Shown here: positions 11,926 through 24,561 of the stretch, piece after piece
Layout: the number at the start of each line of letters is the position of its first letter
Numbering within the stretch: the stretch's first letter is position 1
Origin: Octopus sinensis
Taxonomy: Eukaryota
Assembly (NCBI RefSeq): GCF_006345805.1
Contig: NC_042999.1
Coordinates: forward strand, 66,092,001 to 66,156,000
Reading direction: 5' to 3'
DNA length: 64,000 nucleotides
Program-made: the position numbers and the translations under genes
The notes under the pieces: generated by a model
The model's input: only the letters and a program-made list of their open reading frames with translations
Database searches by the model: none
What the model was told of the DNA's origin: nothing

Positions 11926-13229
11926 TACTAGCAGAGTTACCCGGCGTTGTCCTTGTTACATACAATTGAAGAATTAGAATTTTCTGTTATATTTTCTCTA
12001 ATGAACATGAATATCTACGTTTCGAATTCCATCAAAATTGCAGATGAGGGTTATTTCCTTCTTTACACACCCCCAAATAATTGTAATCGTGCCACATGTA
12101 TCCCATACTACTGATTTTTATGCACAGATTCCAAAATTTCAGTCTTACTGAACCTGTTAAAAATATTTTGCTCCTGAAAACTGTTGGTCATGGAGCTCTA
12201 AAATGTGAGAGTTAAGGCTCCTGTTAGGGGTGGGCATCTTAATGTCAACCAGAGAAGTTGAATTGTTGAGAACCTTTTTAACCGCTTATATCTATTGTTT
12301 GAATTTCTTTGAAATAGGAAATATATGTTCACTGGGTTTGTAAAAGAGAGCAAAGCTACAGGAAACCAAAAGACGAATGATCACAATAAGCAGTCAGTTA
12401 CCCTACCCTAGTCGTTACCACTCCCAATGTAGGATTCCTCACCATCCAGGTGACAGGCACAGCCGTAAGATGCATTACGAATCTATAGTAATTGGAAGGG
12501 CGTGACCCAACTGAAATAAATATTAACAACTGTGTGACGTGAGGGCTAAGGAGAAATGAAAGCGTCACCACTGGAGTTTGCAAGTGACCACTATACTGAT
12601 ACGTAACTGGACAGAATAAATTTACAATCTATAAATGTCTCTGAATTACCAGTCACTCATCTGGGAAGGCCTTGAAATCAATTTTACCATATGGGGACTA
12701 TGTGTGACAGAGTGATAATAAAAAGACTGAAAGGAGGTCTGCAATCAAATAACTTTACTCAACACTGAATCAGTGGAGGCAAAGATGCCTCTCATTTACT
12801 TGACAATTTATGCACCACATTGCAGAAATAACAATCTATGTGTATGTCATAGCAAACTCTTAGACCGTTGTACCATTGAATTAAAAATAATGCCCAACTT
12901 TTATGCTCAGGTAACCCTACAGCTCCCAAGAGTACAACTATTCGTCTTTGCTTAGATAAAATGACAAAATTGTGGGTGTTAAGTCCCATGAAGGGGTCTT
13001 TCTAACTTGTAAGAAGACGAAATTTTATAAATATTACTTCTTTTGTGTCTAATATCTATGGTTAAAATTTCATCAACAGTAAAGATATATGAATTGTCAT
13101 GTGGGTTATGGCTCTTATGCACAGAATATAATTTCCAAATTTCGTAACGATCCATTCAGTAATTTTTTACCTTTTTTGAATCATAAGACAAGTGACTAAA
13201 ATTTGAGAGTTAAAGCTCCCATTAGGGTG

Positions 13230-13230
<1 letters not shown>
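11926..13230 (+). mobile_element. Helitron-like remnant with a decayed PIF1 helicase segment
   Basis: Begins tactagcagagttacccggcgttg. 12780-12950 reads NNLCVC...IELKIMPNFYAQVTLQLPRVQL, similar to the Helitron helicase LCNGTRL...IEAxI...IPRIxL region. Diverged direct repeats near 12.1-12.2 kb and 13.1-13.2 kb. Confidence 0.45.
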
Positions 13231-13325
<95 letters not shown>

Positions 13326-13439
13326 AGATAAATAGATAGATAGATAGATAGATAGATAGAGATATATATATACACACACACATGCAAAGATAACTTGATA
13401 GATACAACTGATTGGGCAAACAAAAATATGAGACACAGC

Positions 13440-13650
13440 CTAGTGCTTTTTTATGTTAATAAGCCTGGTACTTATTCTATTAGGTTGTTCTTGTGAAACC
13501 ACTAAGTTATGTGGATGTAAATAAATGAACAGCAGTTGTGAAGCAGTGATGAGGGCGAAACACAGAGACAAAGACACATATATACACTTACATATATACA
13601 TATATATATATATACGATTGATTTATTTCAGTTCCTGTCTACAAAATCCA
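13440..13650 (-). mobile_element. SINE family D, diverged 3' part
   Basis: Similar to 23528-24021. Confidence 0.6.
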
Positions 13651-13656
13651 TATATA

Positions 13657-13883
13657 TTATTGTTGGCATCCTTTTTGTCTCGGGAGACAATGGAGTTGCG
13701 CATGAAATAATCTAGTCCGGCTTTTACATTTCATGTCCTAATACATCTCCTGCTGTGGCTGTGTAGTCCTATCCTGGACAAACACTCCCTCTGGCAAGTG
13801 CCGCAAATGTAGCGAAGCCTTTGCCTGGCTGGTTGTAATGTCATAGTTTCTTGTTGACGTCTTTTCTTGTCTTTCCATTTCTA

Positions 13884-13922
<39 letters not shown>

Positions 13923-15446
13923 GTCACTCCTTTGTGTTCCCTCTTTTACGGTATGTCGCCAACCTCAACGGTTGCTGGCACCTGCTTCCCAGTTGGTAAT
14001 ATTGATGTTGCAGGCATTCATGTCCATTTTGCAAACATCCTTGTATCGTAAGAACAGTCTTCCCACAGAGCTAGTGCCCTTAGCAAGCTCTACGTTGAGT
14101 ATGTCCTTGGGGATTCTGCCATCTTCCATAGGGCTAACATGTCCAAGCCATCTTATACGTCTTTGTGTGAGGAGTGCAAACATGCTTGGTATTCCTGCTT
14201 GCTTGAGGACATCATTGTTGGGGACATGATTCTGCCATTTGATGCGAAGGATTTTCCAGAGGCAGCGCAGGTGAAAGATATTTAGGCGACGCTCTTGTCG
14301 TATGTATGGCGTCCAAGTCTCACTTCCATACAGTAGAGTGCTAAGTACACATACCTGGGAAATCTTCATTTTTGTGGTCATGGTCAGTTTATTGTTATCC
14401 CATGCCCATTTGGAGAGTTGGGCCATCACAGCAGCTGCTTTGCCAATGCGTATATTGAGCTCAGCATCAAGGGATACGTTGAAGGTGACGGTAGAGCCAA
14501 GATAGGTAAACTTCTCCACCTCCTGTAGTCTGTGGTCTCCAATATGTATGTTTGAGATGTCTGATGTAGCCCGACCCATGATGTTGGTCTTCTTGAGGCT
14601 GATAATTAAGCCAAATCTCTAAAACAGTTGATGAGCCTTTGTAGGGCTTCTCCTGTGTGTGATACCAAAGCGGCATCATAAACAAATAGCATCTCCTTGA
14701 TCAGGACGCTTCTGATTTTGGTCTTGGCACGCAGACGCGAGAGATTGAACAGTTTCCCGTCACTTCTACTGTGCAGAATCACTCCATCATCTGATGTCTC
14801 AAAGGCATGTGACAGCAGCAGCGAGAAGATGCCAAATAATGTAGGAGCAAGGACACAACATTGCTTTACCCCGTTTTTTATTTGGAAGGCGGCTGATGTT
14901 GAACTATTGTGCTGTATGGTGCCCTGCATATCATCATGGAAAGATTTGATGATCCTCAACAGCTTTGGTGGACATCCGATAGTTTGGAGCAGGCTGAAAA
15001 GGCTTTTTCTACTTACCAAGTCAAATGCCTTTGTCAGATCAATGAATGCCATATATAATGGCATTTTCTGCTCTCTGGACTTCTCCTGTAGTTGATGTAT
15101 GGAGAATATCATGTCAATAGTTGATCTGCTTCTTGTAAAGCCACATGCGATTCTGGATAAATTCGAGAAGCAAGCAGTTGTAGCCTGGATAGGATAACGC
15201 GAGCAAAGGTCTTTCCAACAGTGCTTAGAAGAGATATTTCACGGTAATTGTTACAATCACCACGGTCACCTTTGTTTTTGTAAAGCGTAATGATGTTAGC
15301 ATTCCGCATATCCTGCGGGACTGTACCCTCTTCCTAGCACTGACACAGAAGCTAATAACGTGCCGAAGCAGGATGGAGTTTTTGCCGGTTTTGATGATAT
15401 CTAAGGGGATGCCGTCTTTTCGCGGAGCCTTATTAGTAAAAATGTC
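13657..15446 (-). mobile_element. RTE-clade LINE, RT domain to 3' end (frameshifted)
   Basis: KAPRKDGIP, NYREISLLSTVGK, FIDLTKAFDLV, GVKQCCVLAPTLF, VEKFTYLGS, RRIRWLGHV, C-terminal YICGTCQRECLSRIGLHSHSRRC; RTE-type 3' end tccattgtctcccgagac...ggatgccaacaa. Confidence 0.92.
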
Positions 15447-16080
15447 CATCACTCCAAGAAAATGGGCCGACCACGCATTAACACCGCCAGAAACTTGGAC
15501 CCTACACTGCGAAAATGTTTTGCTGCTTCTATCAAGGTTGCCCTCAGTAGCTGCCCAACTTCATCTGCTGAAAGTAGGTGGGAAGCTTTGTATACCACAT
15601 CAATAGATACTTGCGGCATGAGAGAAAGGCAAAAAACTGGTGCTGGGCTCTCAGAGCTGGAAACAGTCGTTGAAGCAAAACGTGCAGCTCTGATGCAATA
15701 AAAGAGCGATTCTTCTACAAAGTCACTCGAAGAACTCAGAAAGGCAAGAAATAAAACCCAACTGACTGCCAGACGCTGTGCAAATAGGTAGTGGCAGGAG
15801 TATCCAGTCAGCTGCTGACAGTGGCGACACCCGTGGGATGTATGCCGGTTTGAAGAAGGACCTCGGTCCATCCGCAACCAAGTCAGCCCCTCTGAAATCA
15901 ACTACTGGAGATCTCATCAACAACCAAAGCAAGCAAATGGATAGATTGGTGGAGTACTACCAGGATCTCTACTCATGGGAGACCACGGTATCTCAGGCTG
16001 CAATCGAGGGTGTCAAGATCTTGCCAGTCATGTGCGCACTTGACAGTCTGCCATCTATAGCAGAGCTCACCAAGGCTATT
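15447..16080 (+). mobile_element. Inverted upstream (EN-RT linker) segment of the same RTE element
   Basis: HHSKKMGRPRINT...IQSAADSGDTRGMYAGLK...LDSLPSIAELTKAI, the segment that precedes KAPxKDG in RTE ORFs. Confidence 0.85.
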
Positions 16081-16425
16081 GGCCGACCAATTTTAACATC
16101 CGTACGTAGTTGTCGATATTTTCCAACTTTTTGCCCTTTGAGTGGATTTGCTAGAGGGAAACTGAAAAAGGCCCGTCATATATATGTATATCTGTGTGTT
16201 AAGTCTTTCTGTCTGTGTTTGTCCCCACGCCTACCGCGTGTCAACCGGTGTTTGGTGTGTTTGCATACCCGTAACCTAGCGTTTCAGCACAAGAACTGAT
16301 AGAATAAGCATCAGACTTAGAACAGTATTACTGGTGTCGATTCATTTGACTAAATATTTAAGGCGGTACTCCAGCATGACCACAGTCTAATAACTAAAAC
16401 AAGTAAAATAAAAAAAAAGATAAAG
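16081..16425 (+). mobile_element. SINE family D, 3' part
   Basis: ggccgaccaa...gagtggatttg...ggcggtactccagcatgaccacagtc. Confidence 0.7.
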
Positions 16426-17536
16426 ATAATTTGAAGAAAAGTACCCATAATCTACACATTAACGTGTATCTTACTAAGTTATCATTCCTTTATAAATGTA
16501 TTCCCTTATAATTCATCCAGGTAAATGAAGGTGCGAATTGAGCAACATGGCTTGAGTGGATAGTGAGGGTTTTCCCTTAGACAGACAACCGAATTTCGAT
16601 TGTTATTTTTATTGCAATAGGGTAAAGGCGCAAATTTCATCAGATGGCACTCCTCTACGTTCTCAAGAAGATATGAATTCCATGCAAGATTTTGTGTAAT
16701 CTCATGGGCGGTTTGTAGTTCGTAATTAGCTGAATCAAAGATTAGCTATGGCGTGCTATATAAATCATATTACTATGAAATTATAAAAACATCGATTTAC
16801 CTACTTATAAAATCATAAGATCATGAAATTATAAAGAATAATATTCATATTATGAATACCATGAGAAAGTTTCACATAAATCTATTTATTAGTTTTGACT
16901 GAATATATGACCAACTAAAACCAGCCATATTTTCATTGAAAATCTATATACTTATTTGTGTAAAATCCGGTATTCACGCCGCAGTTTGTCGAAATTTAAT
17001 CTTACGTTTGATCAACCATATATTATTGAAAAGAATTATCGGCTTCACATAAATGTGTGTTACTATAAGTATCGAGTATTCTATTTATCGCTTGCATTGT
17101 TAGCATATTTTCATGTAATCATATTTAAATACCTACTTTCATATATGCAAATATAAAAGTAAATATAATTTTACGGAAAAAGAAATTAGCATATCTGAAA
17201 TGAGTCCTCATTCATCTCTGCCGAACCGTTCTGTATTTAGTGGTGATATGATTTTCGCCACAATAATCACATTCCTGCCAAATGCAATTGTGAAGTTTCT
17301 TATTATTGAAGTGTCACAACCTAACAGACTAGCTGCATTATATGTATTTAATCGTTTATTCCTATTGTGCGTTGTATTTCAGATGTCTAAATCCGTAACA
17401 TTGTTATCATGTAGATTAGTGTTTATTATTCCGCATATAACATCGATAGTCTCTCACTACATTATTTTTCAATATATGCCTGAGCTGCAGTCTCTGTTGG
17501 AAAGAGTTAGATTCCGTGGATATTTGTATCAAGCCG

Positions 17537-17574
<38 letters not shown>

Positions 17575-18022
17575 TGCCCATCTTTGTCTGTATGTTATGA
17601 ACTTGGATAAATTTTAGACATGTTTCAGCAACAATTGTTTCTAGCCATGTCTAACATAGTGCTGTATAGGACAGAACCAGTTAAGGTATTTCTAAGTCAC
17701 GTTTTGTGTTATTATCTGAGATATATCCTAGTCTCAGATATATCCTACTTTGTTATTCCTTGAAGGAAGTTCTTTAGATATCATTCGACGTTTATAGGAT
17801 ATTTTCCTTCTTTAATTTCCGTTGGTGTAATGCGAGATCGAGCAGGACATGAAATTGTGATTCAATTTCGTTATGTAGCTCTCAATCTTTTAGGAGCCGT
17901 TTATCACGGAGTCTCCGTCTTGTATACATTATAGACTGATGTCAAGGTCGTTTGGGTTATACTGGTGGAAAAACCTCCACATTGTGCAAATGTTATCACA
18001 TTCAGGATGGTATAAGAGGGTT

Positions 18023-18255
18023 AAGGCGGCGAACCGGCAGGAACGTTAGCACGGCGGGGGAAATGCGTAGCCGTATTTCGTCTGCCGTTACGTTCTGAGT
18101 TCAAACTCCGCCGAGGTCGACTTTGCCTTTCATCCTTTCGGGGTCGATAAATTAAGTACCAGTTACGCACTGGGGTCGATATAATCGACTTAATCCGCTT
18201 GTCTATCCTTATTTATACCCCCTGTGTTTAGCCCCCTGTGGGTAGTAAAGAAATA
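18023..18255 (+). mobile_element. SINE family A, single full copy
   Basis: aaggcggcgaaccggcaggaacgttagcac...gtagtaaagaaata. Confidence 0.9.
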
Positions 18256-18399
18256 TGTATAGGAGAGGATAATTTTTTTAATGTTTTCATGCGGTTCAGA
18301 TAACCAAGAGCATTTATGTCATTTATTTTCTTAGTGATTGCTCTCTAGAGTGCCTCACTTCTCGTAGCGTTATGTTTGGGGACCACACTGTTCTAGGTT

Positions 18400-18900
18400 G
18401 GTGTGGCGGTACAAAGAAGAAGTAAAGGCACAAGGCACATGATAGCACTTGACTCGTTTGAATGGAGCGTTCTGCATGTCCACGAGCTCATCATGCGTGC
18501 TAGATCGACTTAATTGTTGATGAAGGAGGTGTAACTTGGACTAGTTTCAATAATTATTCTCAAGTTTCTCTCGTAGATCTTATGAGAGGTTCTACTGAAT
18601 GAAGAGAGTAAGGTTGTTTGAGAACACTGGATTTTCAATGCACATGAGTTCAACTCTTTCCTCAGTTAACAGCATATTTTTCTGTCCGTTTATTGAACTG
18701 AGCATGCGATTCAAACTGGAGTTTAGTTCAGTATTCTCTGTTGATAAATGCTGAAGCGTAGAGTCATCTATGAATATATCTATTTCACTGTGTTTCATGA
18801 TATTTGAGATGTCATTTATACATACTATGAAACGAAATGGGTCTTATACTTCCCTTGGGGAAAATACTGTCCCCTTTTCCTGGGCTTGAGTGGATTCCGT
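18400..18900 (-). mobile_element. CR1/L2-like RT remnant
   Basis: Degraded PQGS-GP motif followed by INDISNIMKHSEIDIFIDDSTL (YADD-equivalent). Confidence 0.6.
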
Positions 18901-19525
18901 TCATAACTCGTTGGAATATGTCCAGCTGGGAGTAAAAAACCCTGTACAGCATAATTCAACGTATTTCAATCTAGAACAATATTAATATACGCACGTAGTG
19001 GTCTATTTTGACCTTTGAACCCTCGACCAAAACTTTAAGGATATCATCGATATGATTTGAAAAGCTGTTAGAGTTACTGTCACAACCAAACCCTTGCTAG
19101 TTGCAATTTAGGAGATTGTTACTATACAGTAAACTAGTTATTCTTAATATCACCTCCGTTTCAAATGTTTTGATTATGTGAGAGCTGAGCGAGGTTTGAC
19201 GATATCTCATTGCAAATGACCTGTTACATTCTTTTTCGAAGATTGAAATGACACAGATTTGTACTTTGCTTCTATAGCAAGGGAATCATGAAAACAAATG
19301 TCTATCCTTCCTTTAATCAATGTCTATCCTTCCTTTTATCTCCATGGATAATAGTTATAGCTGCCAGTTCGCTGCAGTAGCTCATGAGTTGTAGATAGAT
19401 AGATAGGTAGATAGATAGATAGATAGACAGAGAGAGAGGAGAGAAATATATAACGATTGAGAGACACGAGAGAGAGAGGAGTTGATGCAAACATTCGTGT
19501 TTGCAAACATATACACTCTCTCTTT

Positions 19526-19596
<71 letters not shown>

Positions 19597-19617
19597 CATA
19601 TATATACATATCTATAC

Positions 19618-19686
<69 letters not shown>

Positions 19687-19897
19687 TATGTGAAATAGAA
19701 AGATGAATAATCTTGTAGTAGATTAATCAAAAGTTTAACCGATACCTTAGTAGCAAAAATCACAGCAGTAAACAGCACGGTTGGAGGTACAACCATCTGG
19801 CGTTGCAACCGTGCGTTGGTGCGGATAATTGAAATTAAAACATTATTGGTGAATTGAAGAAATGGAGCTGAACGCAGATTGAACAGAAATCGTTTTA

Positions 19898-19987
19898 TTT
19901 CATTCTACACGTGTTTCGAAAGGCACAAATTACCAAAATCCGATTGAATAATGGGACCATATTGTGTCTTTCTCTTCAGGAAGAAAA
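19898..19987 (-). ncRNA. Type I hammerhead ribozyme motif
   Basis: Mirror copy of 20690-20779. Confidence 0.7.
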
Positions 19988-20689
19988 AAGGAAATCCGCT
20001 GGAAAAACAAAAGCAGAACAGAGGCTGAGCAAAAACAAATCGAACTATGCTCCTAAGAGCCCATGGCGAAACTGTTTATCAGTGTATGTTGAGAACCGGT
20101 GGCTGAAGAATTCAACGGGTCAGGCATCGGTCAATCATGTGGGTGAGGGTGTATAGATGTTCTTTGTGACCGAGCATAAAGTTCTGACTATTTAAGGAAT
20201 ATTGGATGTTTTATAAGGGGCGAGAAAAAATCTACTTAGAGACGTGTGTGTGTGTATACTGTTCTATATATGTGTGTGTTGGCGTAGGGGTAGAAAACAT
20301 TTTTTGTGTACGTGTGTGCGTTTGATCGTTCGGCTGTCAGTGGCTACTGGCGTGATAACCGTTGGGTGGCAGAAAGAAAAAATATATATATATATATACA
20401 CACACATATATAGAACAGTATACACACACACACGTCTCTAAGTAGATTTTTTCTCGCCCCTTATAAAACATCCAATATTCCTTAAATAGTCAGAACTTTA
20501 TGCTCGGTCACAAAGAACATCTATACACCCTCACCCACATGATTGACCGATGCCTGACCCGTTGAATTCTTCAGCCACCGGTTCTCAACATACACTGATA
20601 AACAGTTTCGCCATGGGCTCTTAGGAGCATAGTTCGATTTGTTTTTGCTCAGCCTCTGTTCTGCTTTTGTTTTTCCAGCGGATTTCCTT

Positions 20690-20779
20690 TTTTCTTCCTG
20701 AAGAGAAAGACACAATATGGTCCCATTATTCAATCGGATTTTGGTAATTTGTGCCTTTCGAAACACGTGTAGAATGAAA
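20690..20779 (+). ncRNA. Type I hammerhead ribozyme motif
   Basis: CUGAAGA (20698-20704); stem II GAAAGACACAA/UUGUGCCUUUC; GAAA (20760-20763); palindromic stem III CACGUG; GUA cleavage triplet ending at 20771; imperfect stem I UUUUCUUC/GAAUGAAA. Confidence 0.72.
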
Positions 20780-20828
20780 TAAAACGATTTCTGTTCAATC
20801 TGCGTTCAGCTCCATTTCTTCAATTCAC

Positions 20829-20892
<64 letters not shown>

Positions 20893-22339
20893 ATATATCT
20901 TCTAGAAAAATTTGGTAGTGGCTTCCAAATTATAAGTATCTGCGTCGTCATACAACATGGTGAGTCTTCGGAGTCACTACCACCGTTGGAATTAAATGAC
21001 TATCATAAGAATACATTTATGTTTGAGTGTGTGTGTGTGTCTGTATGTGCTTGCGTGCGTGTACGTGTACGTGTGCGCGTGCGCGACTCTGTGTGTGCCT
21101 TGCACAGTAGGATATACCTCGACTTGAAAAATATATCTGAAAAATTCTATGAAAGAATCGATGTCTTTAATCGAACACTTTGCAATCGGAAATAGACTCG
21201 AGCCAAGCGGCACTACATGATATATAAGTAGATGAAAATCAATAGCGCAGAAGAACAGACGATGTCTCAGAATAGATATTTAAGAGAAATATTCTATGAG
21301 AGATTCATTAGAACTAATATAAAGACTATTAGAAGATGGATCCGGTAGTAACTGAAAGCAATAATGGGTTATAGACATGATATGGTTCACTAACGTAACA
21401 ATTGATATTGATAAACTGAAATTGCGAGTGGCATTGACAATAGGTAAAGATAAGTTGAAATAAAGACGCCGAAGAATGGAATTGTGTTGTGAACAATATG
21501 ATATTGATATATTTCAATCAGAAATCAAGGAATTGACCTGAAATGATTCAGAGAAAAGTAGAAAAAAATGATATGAATGAATAGAAGAGAAATATGTTGG
21601 ATAATGAAGATACTTGGTGGTAGAAGAAAAAAACGAACAAGTTGAGAATTACTAATTGGTGTTGCTTGTATATTATTTTGCTTCATATATTACGGCTGCG
21701 ATAAGACTGTACATGATCGACTATATAATGTCGCCTTTTAACAACAAATGCCAACAATTTTTAGTACACGGTTATTCGCCTAAGAAACACGTTTCATTAG
21801 TGAGAGGTTTCGCGTTCGATTCTAGTGGGTGGATCCGTGTGTCTTTTCAGTTAATTTCGACAAAATTTATGGAAACCTCGATATATAAAAGACATGGTAT
21901 ATCAGAAACTCGGTGGAGGTCCATGATTGGAACCAATCTGGTTCTTGGATGGTCGGCTTAATCCGTCATTTACATGAAGTTACATATGACATCCTATGTA
22001 CATACATACACCCACACAAACATACATACACACACACACATAAATACATACATACGAAGTACCCACTCATGGATGATGAATTGTCTAGATTGGCAAAATC
22101 GCCTGCAACCAAAAATGCTGCCATTGCGAGACTCACAGAAACATTGGCAACGATCATTATACTTAGAACTTTGAACTTAGGGCGGAAGAATCGCTTTCAC
22201 TGTTATAAGTATTTCAATACGAATATTCCAAAGAGACAATCTCTTTGTAATTCTGTTCATTTTGACATTGTCTGTCCTAATCAAAAGTCATACGGCTATA
22301 TACATAGGTCTTAGATGCTAGAGATATTGATTTAATCCA

Positions 22340-22800
22340 TAAATTCATTATGAATGACCTCAGGAGGTTTATTAAGATGTTAACAACACCTAAAACGAGC
22401 AGCTTCCAGCTGACAGAAGCTTGGTATTTGACCGAAAGAAATGTACATATTTGATTCCTGAACGGTGGAAATCAGTCCCCAGAGCCAAAATGTTTACATC
22501 AATGGTGTTGCTGTCTCTCATGTCCCACAAAAAGGGTAATACAAGTTCCTAAATGTTGATAAAAAGCATGAGATACGAACGTACTTAGAATAAATCACAA
22601 GTGCCCCGAGAATATTATGCAAGACTTTGAAAAACTACGGAAATGGGAACTCTCCTCTCACAAGAAGACGTCATCCCAAAGTGCATTTGCAGTAGCAATG
22701 CTGAATTCAGCATTTGAGAGGCTTGACTCGTCCGTAGATGAAATCCACTTCATAAACTTTAAAACCAGTAAGATACTGACACCGACATTACTTGCTAAAC
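22340..22800 (+). mobile_element. Highly degraded R4/Dong-like non-LTR RT remnant
   Basis: FIMNDLRRF (similar to LYMDDLKLY), LVFDRKKC, YKFL motif order. Confidence 0.4.
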
Positions 22801-23527
22801 AACAACAAAAAAATAAACATTAACTCGATGCTCAAAAGTGAAGAGAACAATATCCTACGAAGCCTTTTTCGGAGTTGTGAACGCTATGTCAAATCAGACT
22901 CCGATTGCTATGCATTTTCAATCCAAGAACAGATTGCTACGAAACAGATTGATAAGAACAGATCAGATTACTATGAAATACCTAACACACAAAAGCGAGA
23001 GTGAAACTCCTTCGGATCCTAGATGCAACCTATAATAAATATTATGCCACATTATTCTGGAAGAGAACATGCATGTAATTAGCAGCTGTTTAAAAGTTTC
23101 CTCAATGTGCTACTTAACCTGTGCGATACGTCGCATCTCATAACTGAATTTTTGTTCACGGAAACTGTGTTGAAGCACTCCACACACACACACACACGCA
23201 CACAAGCACACACACACACACGCACACAAGCACACACACACATACATACTGATATATATATATGTTGTGTTTTTACGCGTGTGTCTCTTGTTTCTCGCCT
23301 CACCGCATGGCAACCAGTGTTGGGGTGTTTACCTCCCCGCAAGCTAGCAATTAAACAAAAAAATTCCGTAGAATATGTAACATGCTTAAACAGATAAAGT
23401 ACTGGTCAATTTGTTCAACCAAACACTGTCCAAGCATAGCCGCATCCTAATACTCAATAGACATAAAAGATTAAAATGATCGAAGGAATAACTCAACATA
23501 TATTTGGAGCGCGCTGTGCTTGATTGC

Positions 23528-23802
23528 TTACTCTCTTACTCTTTTACTTGTTTCAGTCATATGACTGTAGTCATGCTGGAGCACCGCCTTTAGTCGAGCA
23601 AATCGACCCCCGGACTTATTCTTTGTAAGCGTAGTACTTATTCTATCTTTCGCTGTTGCAAAACTGATAAATGACGGGGACGTAAACACAACAGCATCGT
23701 TTGTCAAGCGATGTTGGGGGGACAAACACAGACACAAAAACATATACATACACACACACACATACACACACACACGGACACATACACACACACAAACACA
23801 CA

Positions 23803-23872
<70 letters not shown>

Positions 23873-24021
23873 CGACGGACTTCTTTCAGTTTCCGTTTAC
23901 CAAATCCACTCACAAGGCTATAGTAGAAGACACCTGCCAGAGGTGTCACGCAGTGGGACTGAACCCGGAACCATGTGATTGAAAGGCAAGCTATTTAGCA
24001 CACAGCCACTACTACGTCTAT
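23528..24021 (-). mobile_element. SINE family D, near full length, with internal (CA)n/(TA)n
   Basis: tRNA-like head ...ccacatggttccgggttcagtcccactgcgtg...; tail gtaaaagagtaa. Confidence 0.88.
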
Positions 24022-24561
24022 GCTTGTGCATGTTTGTCTTTTTATGCTTCTTAAAATGCATAGTTGTATGCGTCTCAATGCATGTTCGCGCGCATGGTAA
24101 GCATGTTAGTATGTGTGTGTGTTTCTGTATACCACTGTGTGTTTGTGTGTTGTGTTGCCCTATCTACACAAACACAAATATAATTGATTGAGATTTCAAG
24201 AGTATGTGTCAATATATACGTGACACCAGAAAGAGAAAAAAAATTGCAAATATATGTTAAAGCATATTCTTCAATATGAAATGATGTGTGATTAATCATG
24301 ATTGATTTTTAGATACACTCTGACAGAAATGAATGTTGATGTATTCCTGCTAAGAGAATAACTAAAATGTTTAATGCAGAATAAATGTTTGTGTTTAAAA
24401 TGTCTTTGTTTCCAGTTTCTTTACTTCAATTCACACACAGCCATAAGCACCGCACATACACACACACACGTATACATATAAAGGAAACATATATTCTTGT
24501 ATATATATTTATATATATATACACCCCCCACACACATATATAAATATATATATATATATAC

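Larger units (their letters stand above)
19842..20835. mobile_element. Penelope-like element 3' end with an inverted copy: 438-bp arms 19842-20279 and 20398-20835, 118-bp spacer
   Basis: Arms are reverse complements (mirror sum 40677; identical 81-aa ORFs on opposite strands). Homologous to the 3' region of the GIY-YIG element at 26375-27541. Confidence 0.9.

Noticed and set aside
15466-16089. ggccgacca at both ends of the inverted RTE segment as a target-site duplication
   Set aside because: The first copy is RTE coding sequence (GRP) and the second is standard SINE D sequence; neither flanks the whole insertion.
19911-20766. Two identical 81-aa ORFs on opposite strands
   Set aside because: By-product of the inverted repeat; the ORF lies antisense to the PLE 3' region and the homologous copy at 26443 diverges freely.
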